A stretch of DNA of 64,000 nt from Macrostomum hystrix (GCA_950097015.1 CATNEN010000030.1:3844001-3908000); one strand, 5' to 3'. Numbered from the stretch's first letter, positions 27,417-43,562 are shown. Made by a program: numbers and translations. The notes: generated from the letters alone by a model not told the origin.

Positions 27417-29290
27417 CTTTGATCAGGACCATAAATCCTGTGGTCTTTGATCAGGGACATCACTCCCGTGGTCTTTGATCAGGACCATCAATCCCGTGGT
27501 CTTTGATCAGGACCATAAATTCTGTGGTCTTTGATCAGGACCATCAATCCCGTGGTCTTTGATCAGGACCATCAATCCCGTGGTCTTTGATCAGGAACAT
27601 TAATCCTGTGGTCTTTGATCAGGACCATTAATCCTGTGGTCTTTGTCCAGGACCATCAGTCCCGTGGTCTTTGATCAGGACTATCGATCCCGTGGTCTTT
27701 GATCAGGACCATCAGTCCCGTGGTCTTCGATCAGGAAAATCAGTCCTGTGGTATTCGATCAGGAACATCAATCCCGTGGTCTTTGATCAGGACCATCAGT
27801 CCTGTGGTCTTTGATCAGGACCATCAATCCCGTGGTCTTTGATCAGGAACATCAGTCCCGTGGTCTTTGATCAGGAACATCAGTCCCGTGGTCTTTGATC
27901 AGGACCATCAGTCCCGTGGTCTTTGATCAGGAACATTAATCCTGTGGTCTTTGATCAGGACCATTAATCCTGTGGTCTTTGTCCAGGACCATCAGTCCCG
28001 TGGTCTTTGATCAGGACTATCGATCCCGTGGTCTTTGATCAGGACCATCAGTCCCGTGGTCTTCGATCAGGAACATCAATCCCGTGGTCTTTGATCAGGA
28101 CCATCAGTCCTGTGGTCTTTGATCAGGACCATCAATCCCGTGGTCTTTGATCAGGAACATCAGTCCCGTGGTCTTTGATCAGGACAATCAGTCCTGTGGT
28201 CTTTGATCAGGACCATCAGTCCCGTGGTCTTTGACCAGGACCATCAGTCCCGTGGTCTTTGATCAGGAACATCAGTCCCGTGGTCTTTGACCAGGACAAT
28301 CAGTCCTGTGGTCTTTGATCAGGACCATCAGTCCCGTGTTCTTTGATCAGGAACATCAGTCCCGTGGTCTTTGATCAGGACCATCAGTCCTGTGGTCTTT
28401 GATCAGGACCATCAGTCCCGTGGTCTTTGATCAGGACCATCAGTCCCGTGGTCTTTGATCAGGAACATCAGTCCCGTGGTCTTTGATCAGGAACATCAGT
28501 CCCGTGGTCTTTGACCAGGACAATCAGTCCTGTGGTCTTTGATCAGGACCATCAGTCCCGTGTTCTTTGATCAGGAACATCAGTCCCGTGGTCTTTGACC
28601 AGGACAATCAGTCCTGTGGTCTTTGATCAGGACCATCAGTCCCGTGGTCTTTGATCAGGACCATCAGTCCCGTGGTCTTTGATCAGGAACATCAGTCCTA
28701 TGGTCTTTGATCAGGAACATCAGTCCTATGGTCTTTGATCAGGAACATCAGTCCCGTGGTCTTTGATCAGGACCATCAGTCCTGTGGTCTTTGATCAGGA
28801 CCATCAGTCCCGTGGTCTTTGATCAGGACCATCAGTCCCGTGGTCTTTGATCAGGAACATCACTCCTGTGGTCTTTGATCAGGACCATCAGTCCCGTGTT
28901 CTTTGATCAGGAACATCAGTCCCGTGTTCTTTGATCAGGAACATCAATCCCGTGGTCTTTGATCAGGAACATCAGTCCCGTGGTCTTTGACCAGGACAAT
29001 CAGTCCTGTGGTCTTTGATCAGGACCATCAGTCCCGTGTTCTTTGATCAGGAACATCAGTCCCGTGGTCTTTGATCAGGACCATCAGTCCTGTGGTCTTT
29101 GATCAGGACCATCAGTCCCGTGGTCTTTGATCAGGACCATCAGTCCCGTGGTCTTTGATCAGGACCATCAGTCCCGTGGTCTTTGATCAGGAACATCAGT
29201 CCTATGGTCTTTGATCAGGACCATCAGTCCCGTGGTCTTTGATCAGGACTATCAATCCCGTGGTCTTTGATCAGGACCATCAGTCCCGTG
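27417..29290 (+). repeat. Minisatellite, 28 bp unit (gtcccgtggtctttgatcaggaccatca), about 65 copies
   Basis: Direct reading; core tggtctttgatca. Confidence 0.97.
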
Positions 29291-29867
29291 TTCCTCGTTT
29301 GTGACGTTACAAAACACCCTTACAAAACACATAGCGCTAAAAACTAATATTTAAATCTGCAGAATGAATCGATACTATAGACGCAAAAAGTACACAGAAA
29401 CCAAATTTAGTATAAGACTGTTGCCAGAAGTGATTTCGAATGTTGATTTTAGATTGAACCAAATGCAATGCAATTATGTTCTCCGTTTACATACATGTAG
29501 CTAGAATACTCTGCTAGGACAATAAATAATTGCCTAATACTGTCAACTACGAAATTTAGTCTTCGCATCAGGGCGAGAGTTCATGTTATTAAAAAACCGA
29601 AGCCAAAACAACTTTGCTAGCTCAATTGGGGGTCTTGAAGCATTAAATCAGCTACATTTAAGTGTGTATCTAACAAAACTAAATATTACTCCTGAAAAAT
29701 CTATGCTCAATAAAAAATAAGCGCGACAACTACACTGTATATTAAACAAAATGTGTTTACTGCCACTATAGCACACTCTTTCCAATTCGTCCGTAAAAAC
29801 ACAATATCTAGGAAAAATTGATGGATAGTTAAAATTCTCATTTCGACTAATTTACGTCTTCGACATT

Positions 29868-32168
29868 CAGGAGACTGAGGGTGATCAAAGACCAGGAGAC
29901 TGAGGGTGATCAAAGACCAGGAGACTGAGGGTGATCGAGGACCAGGAGACTGAGGGTGATCAAAGACCAGGAGACTGAGGGTGATCAAAGACCAGGAGAC
30001 TGAGGGTGATCAAAGACCAGGAGACTGAGGGTGATCAAAGACCAGGAGACTGAGGGTGATCGAGGACCAGGAGACTGAGGGTGATCAAAGACCAGGAGAC
30101 TGAGGGTGATCAAAGACCAGGAGACTGAGGGTGATCAAAGACCAGGAGACTGAGGGTGATCAAAGACCAGGAGACTGAGGGTGATCAAAGACCAGGAGAC
30201 TGAGGGTGATCAAGGACCAGAAGACTGAGGGTGATCAAGGACCAGGAGACTGAGGGTGATCAAGGACCAGGAGACTGAGGGTGATCAAAGACCAAGAGAC
30301 TGGATCAAAGACCAGGAGACTGAGGGTGACCAAAGACCAAGAGACTGACTGTGATCAAAGAACAAGAGACTGAGGGTGATCTGCAAGGACCAGGAGACTG
30401 AGGGTGATCAAGGACCAGGAGACTGAGGGTGATCAAAGACCAGGAGACTGACTGTGATCAAAGACCAAGAGACTGACTGTGATCAAAGACCAAGAGACTG
30501 ACTGTGATCAAAGACCAGGATACTAAGGGTGATCAAAGACCAGGAGTCTGAGGGTGATCAAAGATCAAAGGGTGATGGTGATCACCAGGAGACTGAGGGT
30601 GATCAAAGATCAAAGGGTGATGGTGATCACCAGGAGACTGAGGGTGATCAAGGACCAGGAGACTGACGGTGATCAAGGACCAGGAGACTGAGGGTGATCA
30701 AAGACCAGGAGACTGAGGGTGATCAAAGACCAGGAGACTGAGGGTGATCAAGGACCAGGAGACTGAGGGTGATCAAAGACCAGGAGACTGACTGTGATCA
30801 AGGACCAGGAGACTGAGGGTGATCAAAGACCAGGAGACTGAGGGTGATCAAGGACCAGGAGACTGAGGGTGATCAAAGACCAGGAGACTGAGGGTGATCA
30901 AAGACCAGGAGACTGAGGGTGATCAAGGACCAGGAGACTGAGGGTGATCTAAGACCAGGAGACTGACTGATCAAGGACCAGGAGACTGAGGGTGATCAAA
31001 GACCAGGAGACTGAGGGTGATCAAAGACCAGGAGACTGAGGGTGATCAAAGACCAGGAGACTGAGGGTGATCAAGGACCAGGAGTCTGAGGGTGATCAAA
31101 GACCAGGAGACTGAGGGTGATCAAAGACCAGGAGACTGAGGGTGATCAAGGACCAGGAGTCTGAGGGTGATCAAAGACCAGGAGACTGAGGGTGATCAAG
31201 GACCAGGAGTCTGAGGGTGATCAAAGACCAGGAGACTGAGGGTGATCAAAGACCAGGAGACTGAGGGTGATCAAAGACCAGGAGACTGAGGGTGATCAAA
31301 GACCAGGAGACTGAGGGTGATCAAGGACCAGGAGTCTGAGGGTGATCAAAGACCAGGAGACTGAGGGTGATCAAAGACCAGGAGACTGAGGGTGATCAAG
31401 GACCAGGAGTCTGAGGGTGATCAAAGACCAGGAGACTGAGGGTGATCAAAGACCAGGAGACTGAGGGTGATCAAGGACCAGGAGACTGACGGTGATCAAG
31501 GACCAGGAGACTGACGGTGATCAAGGACCAGGAGACTGAGGGTGATCAAAGACCAGGATACTAAGGGTGATCAAGGACCAGGAGACTGACGGTGATCAAG
31601 GACCAGGAGACTGACGGTGATCAAGGACCAGGAGACTGAGGGTGATCAAAGACCAAGAGACTGAGGGTGATCAAAGACCAGGAGACTGAGGGTGATCAAG
31701 GACCAGGAGACTGAGGGTGATCAAAGACCAGGAGACTGAGGGTGATCAAAGACCAGGAGACTGAGGGTGATCAAAGACCAGGAGACTGACGGTGATCAAG
31801 GACCAGGAGACTGAGGGTGATCAAGGACCAGGAGACTGAGGGTGATCAAGGACCAGGAGACTGACGGTGATCAAGGACCAGGAGACTGAGGGTGATCAAG
31901 GACCAGGAGACTGAGGGTGATCAAGGACCAGGAGACTGAGGGTGATCAAAGACCAGGAGACTGAAGGTGATCAAAGACCAGGAGACTGAGGGTGATCAAG
32001 GACCAGGAGACTGACGGTGATCAAGGACCAGGAGACTGAGGGTGATCAAAGACCAGGAGACTGAGGGTGATCAAGGACCAGGAGACTGACGGTGATCAAG
32101 GACCAGGAGACTGACGGTGATCAAGGACCTGGAGACTGAGGGTGATCAAAGACCAGGAGACTGAGGGA
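29868..32168 (-). repeat. Minisatellite, 25 bp unit (tgagggtgatcaaagaccaggagac), about 90 copies, inverted homologue of the preceding array
   Basis: The reverse complement gtctcctggtctttgatcaccctca aligns with the 28-bp unit. Confidence 0.95.
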
Positions 32169-32706
32169 AGCTAAATAAAAGCTATATATTTAGCTTATAA
32201 GAAAATATAAGCTAAATTAGTCTATTTCTTATCTCCGCTTCGTAATTCTTAACTTATACACGAAACAAAAAAACAGGAAAACTGCATGGATTTTAAAAGC
32301 AAAGGAATAGGAAGATAGAAAATTTGTTGAAGTGTCAAGATGATGCAAATGGTCAATCGGCCCTGTGCTTTATTTCAGTCATCCGAAAATTATGCAGCTG
32401 AAAACGTGATTGTGATGGGTCACAAATGCGAAAATATGCAACAGAAAAATACATACATTCAGACTGCGTTTTAATCATAATATTACTCGTACATAGTGGA
32501 TTTCCGAGCATAAAAGTACAATGGAGTTGATTATAAAAAATAATAATTGTCAGTTTTTTATGAAACTGTAAAGCTAAGAATCAGAAACAGTGATACAGTA
32601 GTGGCTTCACCAATTGCAGCTAAATATAGAATGAGAATTCAAAACAGTTTAAATTGACTCGTTAGTACACACTGGTACAATCAGCAGTTCGTAATATACT
32701 GGATAA

Positions 32707-33295
32707 TTACGACTCGAAAGCCTCCTTGTCGTACACAAACTCGCCCAGGCCAGTTCCGACGCGCTTCAGATTAGTCACGTGACCGGACAGCTCCTTGATG
32801 GCCTCGACCTGCTCCTGGAGGTATTCGGTCTCAATGAAGTCGCACATCTGTGGATCACCGTGACTATCAGCCACCTTGTGCAAATCGAGCAGACTCTGAG
32901 GGCAAATAAACAAGTTCATAAATTAAAACTTTTGTTATTACAATTATTATTTGTTCAACTAATTATCTTACCTGATTGACAACTTTCTCGAGTTCTAGAG
33001 CATCAGTCACGGCTTCCAGCATGCTGCCCCAGGTCTGCTTGACAGGCTTTTGAATATCCTGAAGCACGATAGTGCCGCCACGCATATTCTGGTACTTCAT
33101 CAGCTTCTCGGCGTGCTCGCGTTCCTCCTTGGAGCTCTTGTTGAAGAATTCAGCAATGCCTTTCAGAGCCACGTCGTCGCGGTTGAAGTGAAAGTACATG
33201 GCTTGGTAAGTGTAGGAGGCGTATAGCTCCATGTTGATTTGCTTGTTGACGCCAGCCTCGCAATTTTCGTGGTAGTTTTGACGAACTCGGCTCAT
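32707..33295 (-). CDS. Ferritin, heavy-chain (ferroxidase) type; join(33295..32972, 32895..32707), 170 aa
   Basis: [30 protein letters not shown]...[10 protein letters not shown]...LELEKVVNQ|SLLDLHKVA...[11 protein letters not shown]. Ferroxidase ligands present; 76-nt phase-0 intron (gtaaga...ctcag). Confidence 0.97.
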
Positions 33296-36200
33296 TTTTA
33301 GTCTACTCAGTAAGCAAGTGAGTTAGGGGTCAAATCGGTCACTTTACTTAGCTTAAGAATTACTGTCAATAGCCCATAGGTACCATGATTTATACACAAA
33401 AACTCTATGTGAATTGCGCATTTAGGCTCTTTCCATTACCACTCCTCTCTGTCTGAACCAATAGCGTTACAGACTGGCTTGTTTAGCAACTTTCACATTA
33501 ATGTGAAAAATTTCCTAACACAAGTCACATGGCCAGACACTCAACGGCCAACCCCAGCTCCTCCTATCCTATGATTTACACAGTGTGTCCAAAGCAGAGC
33601 TTAAAACATATAACAATGTACTTTTATTTGTAAGACCTTCATAATGTAACTCTTCCATTTGTTGACTAGCAATTTTTACTTTCAGAAGAAAAAATATTTT
33701 TATGTAATTTAAGTAATTTCAGTTTCGGAATCAAATGTTAAAAAGGTAAATTTTATAACTAATAACTTATGCCTTGATGTATATAAGTTAAAATTGTACT
33801 TATAAAATAGTAAAAGCAAAAGTATAGGGTAAGGGTAAGGGTAGATAATATAGTTTATGGGGAAGTGTAGCTGGGGGTAGCTGTAGCTGTAGTAGATGGA
33901 TAGGGGGATACCGTGAACCGTATCGCTGAGCTGTCGGACGAAACGGGACAATCGCGTCTAAATATGTCGGAACGGGCGAAAACGGCCACAACAGTAGAAC
34001 GTGTAACGAAAGGCGAGGACACAGCGCGAACGTTTGAATTTTTGGGAGGAAGAATTCGATCGACGAGATTATAATGGAGAAGTCACGCATCACGCGCGTA
34101 AACCATAATGGAAAGCCTTCGTTGACTCAGCCTTGACCCTGCTCACAGCCTCATCTCTCCCCTGTTTCGTCTCTCCAGTTTACAACCGAGCTGCCCTGCC
34201 GCGCTCTGATTGGCCCGATGTTGTGCTGTAACTGTAAGCTTAGGAGGAGGTGAGGCGGGTGATATTATATAATAAGTTGGGAAATGGCTCATTATTTATG
34301 CATTTGTTTAACTAAGAGGAAATTTGAATGTCAAGCTTCCGTCACGCTTGAGTGAACCAGAACGATGAAGTGGAGCTGAGGTCGGGTGGGCGTTTTGAGG
34401 GGTCTAGCTGGTCCATTGGTGATGAATGATCGAGTCAAATTATGATCGTCAAGTGATGACGATCTGGGCTGGCCTCAAGACTCACTTAAAATTCTATGGA
34501 GGAAACCGGTAGGTAATGGGGATTACAAGAGTAAAATAACATTCAGTGGCCGTGGGATCGCTAGTTTGGACACATATCGATGGGCCACTGAGGATTTGGG
34601 ATTACTTTTTTATTTGCCGTCGCCGCCGGCTATCCTTTGCCCCTTGGAATACGCCATTGTGTAATAATACAATATACTTCGTGCATGTAGCAGCACAGCG
34701 CATCAAATGAAGGCTCATGGTACGTGGAGGCGTCACGTACTAATCATTTAAGTGGTATTATTGTTAGACTTTTATTATATTATCAAAATCGTTGTTAAAA
34801 TCAAGGAGGGGAGAATAAGATAAAATTTTTGTCCTTCTCCCTCCTTGACTTTCATAAGTTTCATGTGCCTTACGAAATGTGTGCTAGTCGCGCATATACA
34901 ACCTACGTAGTTAAGTGGATTAAATAAGGAACTAATTTGCGGTAAAAATTACGGTTTTAAAGCATTGACAAATAACAAATAATATTTATAATATTTCAAC
35001 TATTATTTGTAAAGTGCAACTATGTCATCTCCGATATAACTTTATACAAAAAACTAGATGAATTCACTAAATGTGCACAAAAAACTAACTAGTTCTTTAA
35101 AACGTACAGAATTCTTTTTTTTCTAAAAAAAGGTTGCAACATTATTCGTAGTACAGATAGAAGTTTGTCTAGGCCTATTATTGATTGCTCACGCGTGCCT
35201 GTGTCAGGTCCTGAAATGTTCTATGCGTCGATTATATTTCTAATATATTTAATAAAATTAGTCTTAACCATTCCATCGTACAGCTTTGTACGAACTTGTT
35301 ATTTGAATTATGTATTTACTAATTGACCTGACCTTAGACTTAGCTCTTCTGAAATGAAACCAAATGCTTCTTTAAATATCAAGTATGTTACTCTATGTAG
35401 TATTTAAAACATAATTCTTTTTTACTAAATGTACTCAACACTATACCTGTATCAAGGGTTGCTGCACAAATTCGAATTTGGTGGCACATTTAGCTTTTGG
35501 TTGCTGTGGATGGTGAAAGCCTAGTGTCTTTACCATTACACCATTTACCATTTATACCATTACCAGATTAATGTAGTCTCCTTGGCAATATGTTAATGGC
35601 AATCAGATCATTATTTATATTCATAATATATATTTATAGGCCTATATATAGGCCTACTCTTTATATACCCTATGGATTGCATTTAACCCATATTTAGGAA
35701 TATGGTACTTGTAGGCTGTGGTGCATTTAGCATATACCATACATAGTATACATAGTCTGGATCATTTAGTGCAGTTTGAACAGTTGGCATGCATTTGTGT
35801 GCAAAAGAAATTGTGTGGCATACACTGGCATGTAGCAGGGTTGGCAATGATGTGCATAACAATTGGCAATGGTTGGTATGCTATCATTAGTCTGCCTACA
35901 GACAAAATGACTATTTTGAAAAAGGATGAGAAGTGTAAGAATATATTATCCTAAAACATTTATTTTATTACAAAATTTGTCTTTTTGATGATGAATGATT
36001 ATATAGTTTTATTAAATATAAAATTTTTGTTTAATAGGCCTAGCATCATTAATAGAAATATTTGAATTTTGAGTCTTTTAAGAAGAATATTTTAGTCCTC
36101 ACGACTTTAGCTTTAGCTTTAGCTTTCATGGATGATTGGGTTGTTTGCTATGCTGTAGTTACAGCTAAGCAGCATGCCCTTCAGTATGACAGATGAAACC

Positions 36201-38676
36201 ATTGGCGTTGGCAATGTTTAGAAATGGAAATCCATAGTCAGGATGATGTACGTTACGCCGGAAATTTCTGGTGTACAATTGAAAATGTAAATTTTTTGGT
36301 GTACAATTGACATAAAAAATGAGGCAAAATATACGCTAAGCAGCGTATGCCAACTCCAACCTTCATGCCAAAGTTAATATTAACAATTGTATGGCATAAT
36401 GCCATAACCTCAGAATCTTATTATAAAATCATAAAAACTGTAAAACTTGTAAGATGAAATGAAAGTTCATAACTATTCGTGATTTAAAAAAATTTAAAAT
36501 TGTATGCAAACTAATCGAGTAATTTTCTAAAAAAACTTAAACAAAAAATTGATTTTTGTTGGCAGTATGTCTAAGCCAATTTACTTTAAATGAAAACCAC
36601 ACATGGTAAATAATTTTTTTGAAGAAGAAGAAATCATTTACTTGTAATCTTTGTGAAGTTCATGGAACATAATTTGACTTTGACATAATTGTCAAATTTA
36701 AATGATCTATTTGTTCGCGACCATTTCGACGCCAGCATTGTGACTATAGATTTTTTGAATTCATGTCCCTGTCTCAGAAGTGAAAAAAATGTACAATATT
36801 ATGTTATCTAGTGCCTTGTATTTGGTGAGTGAAGCGTGTTAAGTAGAGGTGTTTATAAAGTAGGCAAAAATGTGTAACACACAAAAAAGGTCATTTATTG
36901 TCGCAAAGCCTAGAAAACCTAGCGTAAGTTCCTAGGACCTTGGCGTATGTTTCAGTATGAAGTGGCGTAGATTTTTTAGGGGACTTTATTCCTGCGTATA
37001 CCATGACATGATCCTGACTATGGATGGAAATGTTTGGTTCTCACTTTGTGCATTTATAACTTATTAACTCCCAAACTTTCAGAAAAATCCTAGAAGTCTA
37101 ACAAAGTATAAATTATAAGACCTTTACATAACATTTAAATACAAAGCTTGATGACATAATTAGTTATTCTAACTAATGTCTATGTTAGCATATGAAAGAC
37201 TATATCATATACTAGTAGAAAAATCAGCTATATTGTATATTGGCAAACAAAAAGGAGGCAGACAAAATGACAGTCAACCTGCATGAGTCCACCATGCAGT
37301 GCTTTGGCATGTGCATTTGCATATAAAATATACATAATGTTAAATATACACAAAATATGCAAAAAATACAAAGACTTATAATCAGTTCAAAGAGATTTAT
37401 CTGTTGAATGCCTTGAGCAATGCATCATGGAATGTAATATTTTTGTAGATTAACTTTTTCATGTAACTATTCAAAGTTATATAGTCAAAATAATATGCTA
37501 TTTCTACTCAGTTAAGTTTGTGAAAAATGCTGAATACATTAAAATATTTAAACAAATGTATGTCTTGGCATGCATCTGCTTGGCATCAGCATACAAAAAG
37601 TCATCAAATGTCTTAGTGTGCATCTGCTTGGCGTTGGCGAGCAAAAGAAAAACTCTATAATTTTGTTCTGGCTTGCACCTAGCATGATCCAGACTATGGA
37701 GCATAGAATATGTCCAAATTTCTGGCATGGATTTAAGCAGAAAAATGTGCATATCAGTATGATTTTTTATTAATCTTTTTTGGTGAATATATATATATAT
37801 ATTCATATTCATATCATATATATATATATATATATGGAATATCAAATCATATCATAGTTAATGCAATAAATGCATACTATAATAAAACAAATAAAAAATA
37901 AAAGTTTTAACTGCAATAGTTCACCACTGCAGGTGGGCAGCAGGCCACGGCATAGCATTTGGTGATAAGTTTGTAAACCTGCGACTAGCAAGGAGGCAAT
38001 TCTGCCAATTTTTCTGACTCGAGCACAAGCACATGCGCACAAATACTGTACACAGGCACACACTCACAGGAGTGTACATCTGCATTTTCTAATTTTTAGA
38101 CAGGGTACACTTTCACAGTGCCTTGAAGGTTGGCACTAAAGGGCATAAATTGAACAAAAAACACCAAAGCCCTCTCTCTGCAGCTGCACCACAATTGAAT
38201 GTGGCCTTGCTGCAGAATTCAGATCAGGGACATTGGTGCAGGAGGCAAATGTGTTAAACACTTTTGCCACTCCCCCCAGAAAACAAAACTAATTTAACAG
38301 AAAGCTGAATGCTTGGTCTAGCTAATAGCTACATGTACTGCTATTTGTTTGAACTCAAAACATATAATAAAGTTATGTTATGTATGCCACATAAAATATT
38401 TTTACAGGCCCAGGGCTAAGGTATCATAGGCATAAAACAGATTACAACTAAAAAGAAAAGCAAAAGAAGCAAATATATCTGTAATTGCCACATTTAGTTT
38501 TGTTACAGAATCAAACTCTTATATTTCAGCGAGTGTCCGTTTTGCCAGATCAAGCAAGACTAAGAGAGTCAAATATTAAAAGAGTGAGTGTGTGCGTGAG
38601 AGAGTGAGTGAGAACCTTTTTTTCACAGGCTTAAACAGCGTTTTCTTTCATTCAAGAAGCCGTAAAAACGCTTTTA

Positions 38677-40315
<1,639 letters not shown>

Positions 40316-42626
40316 GAGAAGCCCAGCGAACTAACAATGTTGTTGTCATTTTTTGTGGTTAGCTTCGTTTGATAAATTGGTTTTGAATTTGTGCGAAAAA
40401 ATGTTAAAATTGACACTCAATACTAGATTTTTTTTTTATGTCTGAATTTAGACTGCGAAAAATTGAAATTATTAACAAATATTTTCGCGCCAATTTAAAA
40501 CTATTTTTACTTGACGAATGTTAAACGTGGCCCAATGCGTTATCATCAAACATAGGTCAGTTGCCAGCTGTTTCTAAGAAAAAATTGAAGTGTAGCCAGA
40601 CTCCGACCGCAACTGTTGTGTTGCCAAGCAACCTGCTGTGCAAACTGAGATGTGCTGCTGTTGTTGTTTATATTGTTGTATTCTGTGCACTGTTGTCTTT
40701 TTATTTGCTGTCTAGATAAATGTGCTTTGTTGCTTGTCTGGTATGTTTTATTTGCTAATTATCCTTAGTGATTGTTTTTTGTTTAACTTATTATATTAGT
40801 AAGTTACTCAGCTTAAAAAAACTAATTATTTTGAGCGTTGGAGTTTCCCCACAGCGATGAAACTTTTTTCTAATGTTTTGTGCTAAAATTTATTTGCTTT
40901 TGTCCGCACCATATCTCGAATGTTTTAAATCATTTCTCTGCTAACTAAAATATGCTTCTTTGTTTGTGCTGTTCATATTTTTAGATTTCAGTTTTTCATG
41001 CCTAAATAAAAAGTAGCTTAACTTGTTTAACTGCCTACTGGAAGTAGCTGAAGAGCACCCAGAACTTATTGCCTGTTAATATTTAAATTGTTTGTGGTAA
41101 TATTTATATCCAGTCTAAAATAACTTTAATCTGTGTTATCATTCTGGCTTTATATCGAAATGTTTCTAACAATTTTTTGTAAAGAAATAGAGCATAATTG
41201 CTATGCTCTAGAATTGTTTAGCAAACAAATATATTCGCGCACAAGTTTATAGTCGTTGAGCTTTGAATTCGTGTTCTTTGTATAAGTTCTGATTGTTCGT
41301 GCAAAGTTAAACTTGCTTTAATACTACTACTGCTTATTACAACGAGTAGCAACGTTCGGAATAAACATTGTTAACTGTTTTAGAAATGACCAGCGGGCAG
41401 TGAAAGTCGCCTTATTGTGTATGCTTTGTTTGTTTTATTGCTAATTTTAGTTTGAGTTCCTATTTCTTAATAATGTACTTTTTCTTGGCTTCAAATAAAC
41501 ATTAGTTTCAGCTTGCTCACCTGCCTTGTTTCTTATTATTTTAAGATTATTTTAATATCGAATGACTTGCACCATATCAATGGCTGCGCTCAAGTCACTG
41601 TAATAAACCAAAATCCAGCTTTAAAACATATTTGTAGATCGCCTTTTCTTTGACCAGAGATGTCTTAATTAGAGAATTTGTATATTCGCTTTTATGCTGC
41701 TAATTGTCAATAAAATCTTCTGAAGATACAAAGCGTACTGTTTGGTATAGTACGACATTTTTGAACTGTATTTTTATTTTTTAGTTGCTTTCCTCACCCT
41801 TTCTACTGCTATTATATAATGTAAGAACCTTTTTTGCAGAGTTATTACTATTATTGTAATGCAAATTTCACCTTGGTGTTTCGCTCGTGTGATATCCTTC
41901 TCAGTTTTTCTCTCTGTACTGTCAGTATCTTATATCTCTCGATGTGTGTATATTTCGTGTATTTATAATAATATCAGTACAAATATTTGTAACTAAAGTC
42001 TGCAGATTCAATATTAATTCGTATTTCTTAATTTAATTGAATTGCAAGCCCTTTAGCTGTATTAAACTCTGAAACATGAGATGAATCTGAAAATGTGTGC
42101 GCATGCTGTTGAGAAACACAAGGCAGCCTTCCTTCCCTTCACCCCGAGTACAGTTTCTACCTGTTTCTGATTTTATTAGTTTACTAAATAGATTTGACTG
42201 GCTCAAGTTAACCCACCCTAAGCTTGTTTATAGTTCAAAAAAATTTAATTTGCACCCTAAAGTATAACAAAATGAACTCTCGCGAAGGTCTATTACTTTC
42301 TCCAGACTTGTTTGGCACCGATTTAAGTAAATATTTCAAATTATAGCGCTGGGTAGACGCGAGTTGTTTTTTAGCTTGTGTACACATTTGTGTGTTTGCA
42401 TAAATCATTATTAATATTTAACATGACAATACACACGGTTTTTCTTTTAAAGTATCTAAATATAATATTGGTTACGTTGAACTTGAAAGCCTTAAAAACT
42501 CCTTCCATTCGCAACTGCAAACGACTTTCGTCAATTTCCTCAGTGACATCGTACCAGAAAGCTCTGTCAGTAGTATAGCAGCGAAATGAAGGATGGAATA
42601 TGGCCAATCGCGGGAAGAGGATCGGG

Positions 42627-43215
42627 GTTGCTGACAACAGAAGGATCCGGGGAGCTGACAACAGAAGGATGGGGGAGCTGACAACAGAAGGATCGGGGGA
42701 GCTGACAACTGAATGATCGGGGGAGCTGACAACAGAAGGATCGGGGGAGCTGACAACAGAAGGATCGGGGTTGCTGACAACAGAAGGATCCGGGGAGCTG
42801 ACAACAGAAGGATGGGGGAGCTGACAACAGAAGGATCGGGGGAGCTGACAACTGAATGATCGGGGGAGCTGACAACTGAAGGATCGGGGGAGCTGACAAC
42901 AGAAGGATCCGGGGAGCTGACAACAGAAGGATGGGGGAGCTGACAACAGAAGGATCGGGGGAGCTGACAACTGAATGATCGGGGGAGCTGACAACAGAAG
43001 GATCGGGGGAGCTGACAACAGAAGGATCGGGGGAGCTGACAACTGAATGATCGGGGGAGCTGACAACAGAAGGATCGGGGGAGCTGACAACTGAAGGATG
43101 GGGGGGGGGCTGACAATTGAGGGATTGAGATGCTGACAAGACAACTGAAGGATTGAGATGCTGACAAGAAAACTGAAGGATCAGGGGCTGGCAACTGAAG
43201 GATCGAGAGGGAGAT
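42627..43215. repeat. Minisatellite, about 24 bp unit (gctgacaacagaaggatcggggga)
   Basis: Direct reading; degenerate beyond about 43100. Confidence 0.93.
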
Positions 43216-43562
43216 GACGGCGAAACAAAGATGAAGCAAAGGTCAAGAAGCATAAATTAATAAAGGCATTACAGTCAGCGTTATTAAAAGTTATTTAAAA
43301 AAACTACACCGAAGGAGACACTCCAACATTGCAGATTATTAGAATTTATTTTAGTGGGAATTTTTCGGCATTTCGACAAAAAACGCAGTCACAATTGAAA
43401 CTGTAGCAGAAAATGCAGGCTTTGAGAACGTTGAACATACGTGATTAAGAAAGAAATGCTACACCTGTATACGCTCGTATATATTAGACAAATAGTCCGA
43501 GTGAATATATTAATTGAATACGAGAAAGGATTAAAATGAGCGCAGAGCAGTAGTAAGCAGGA

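Noticed and set aside
33575-33592. CAGTGT near ferritin as an IRE loop
   Set aside because: It is on the plus strand (antisense to ferritin) and lacks the 5-bp upper stem with the C bulge.
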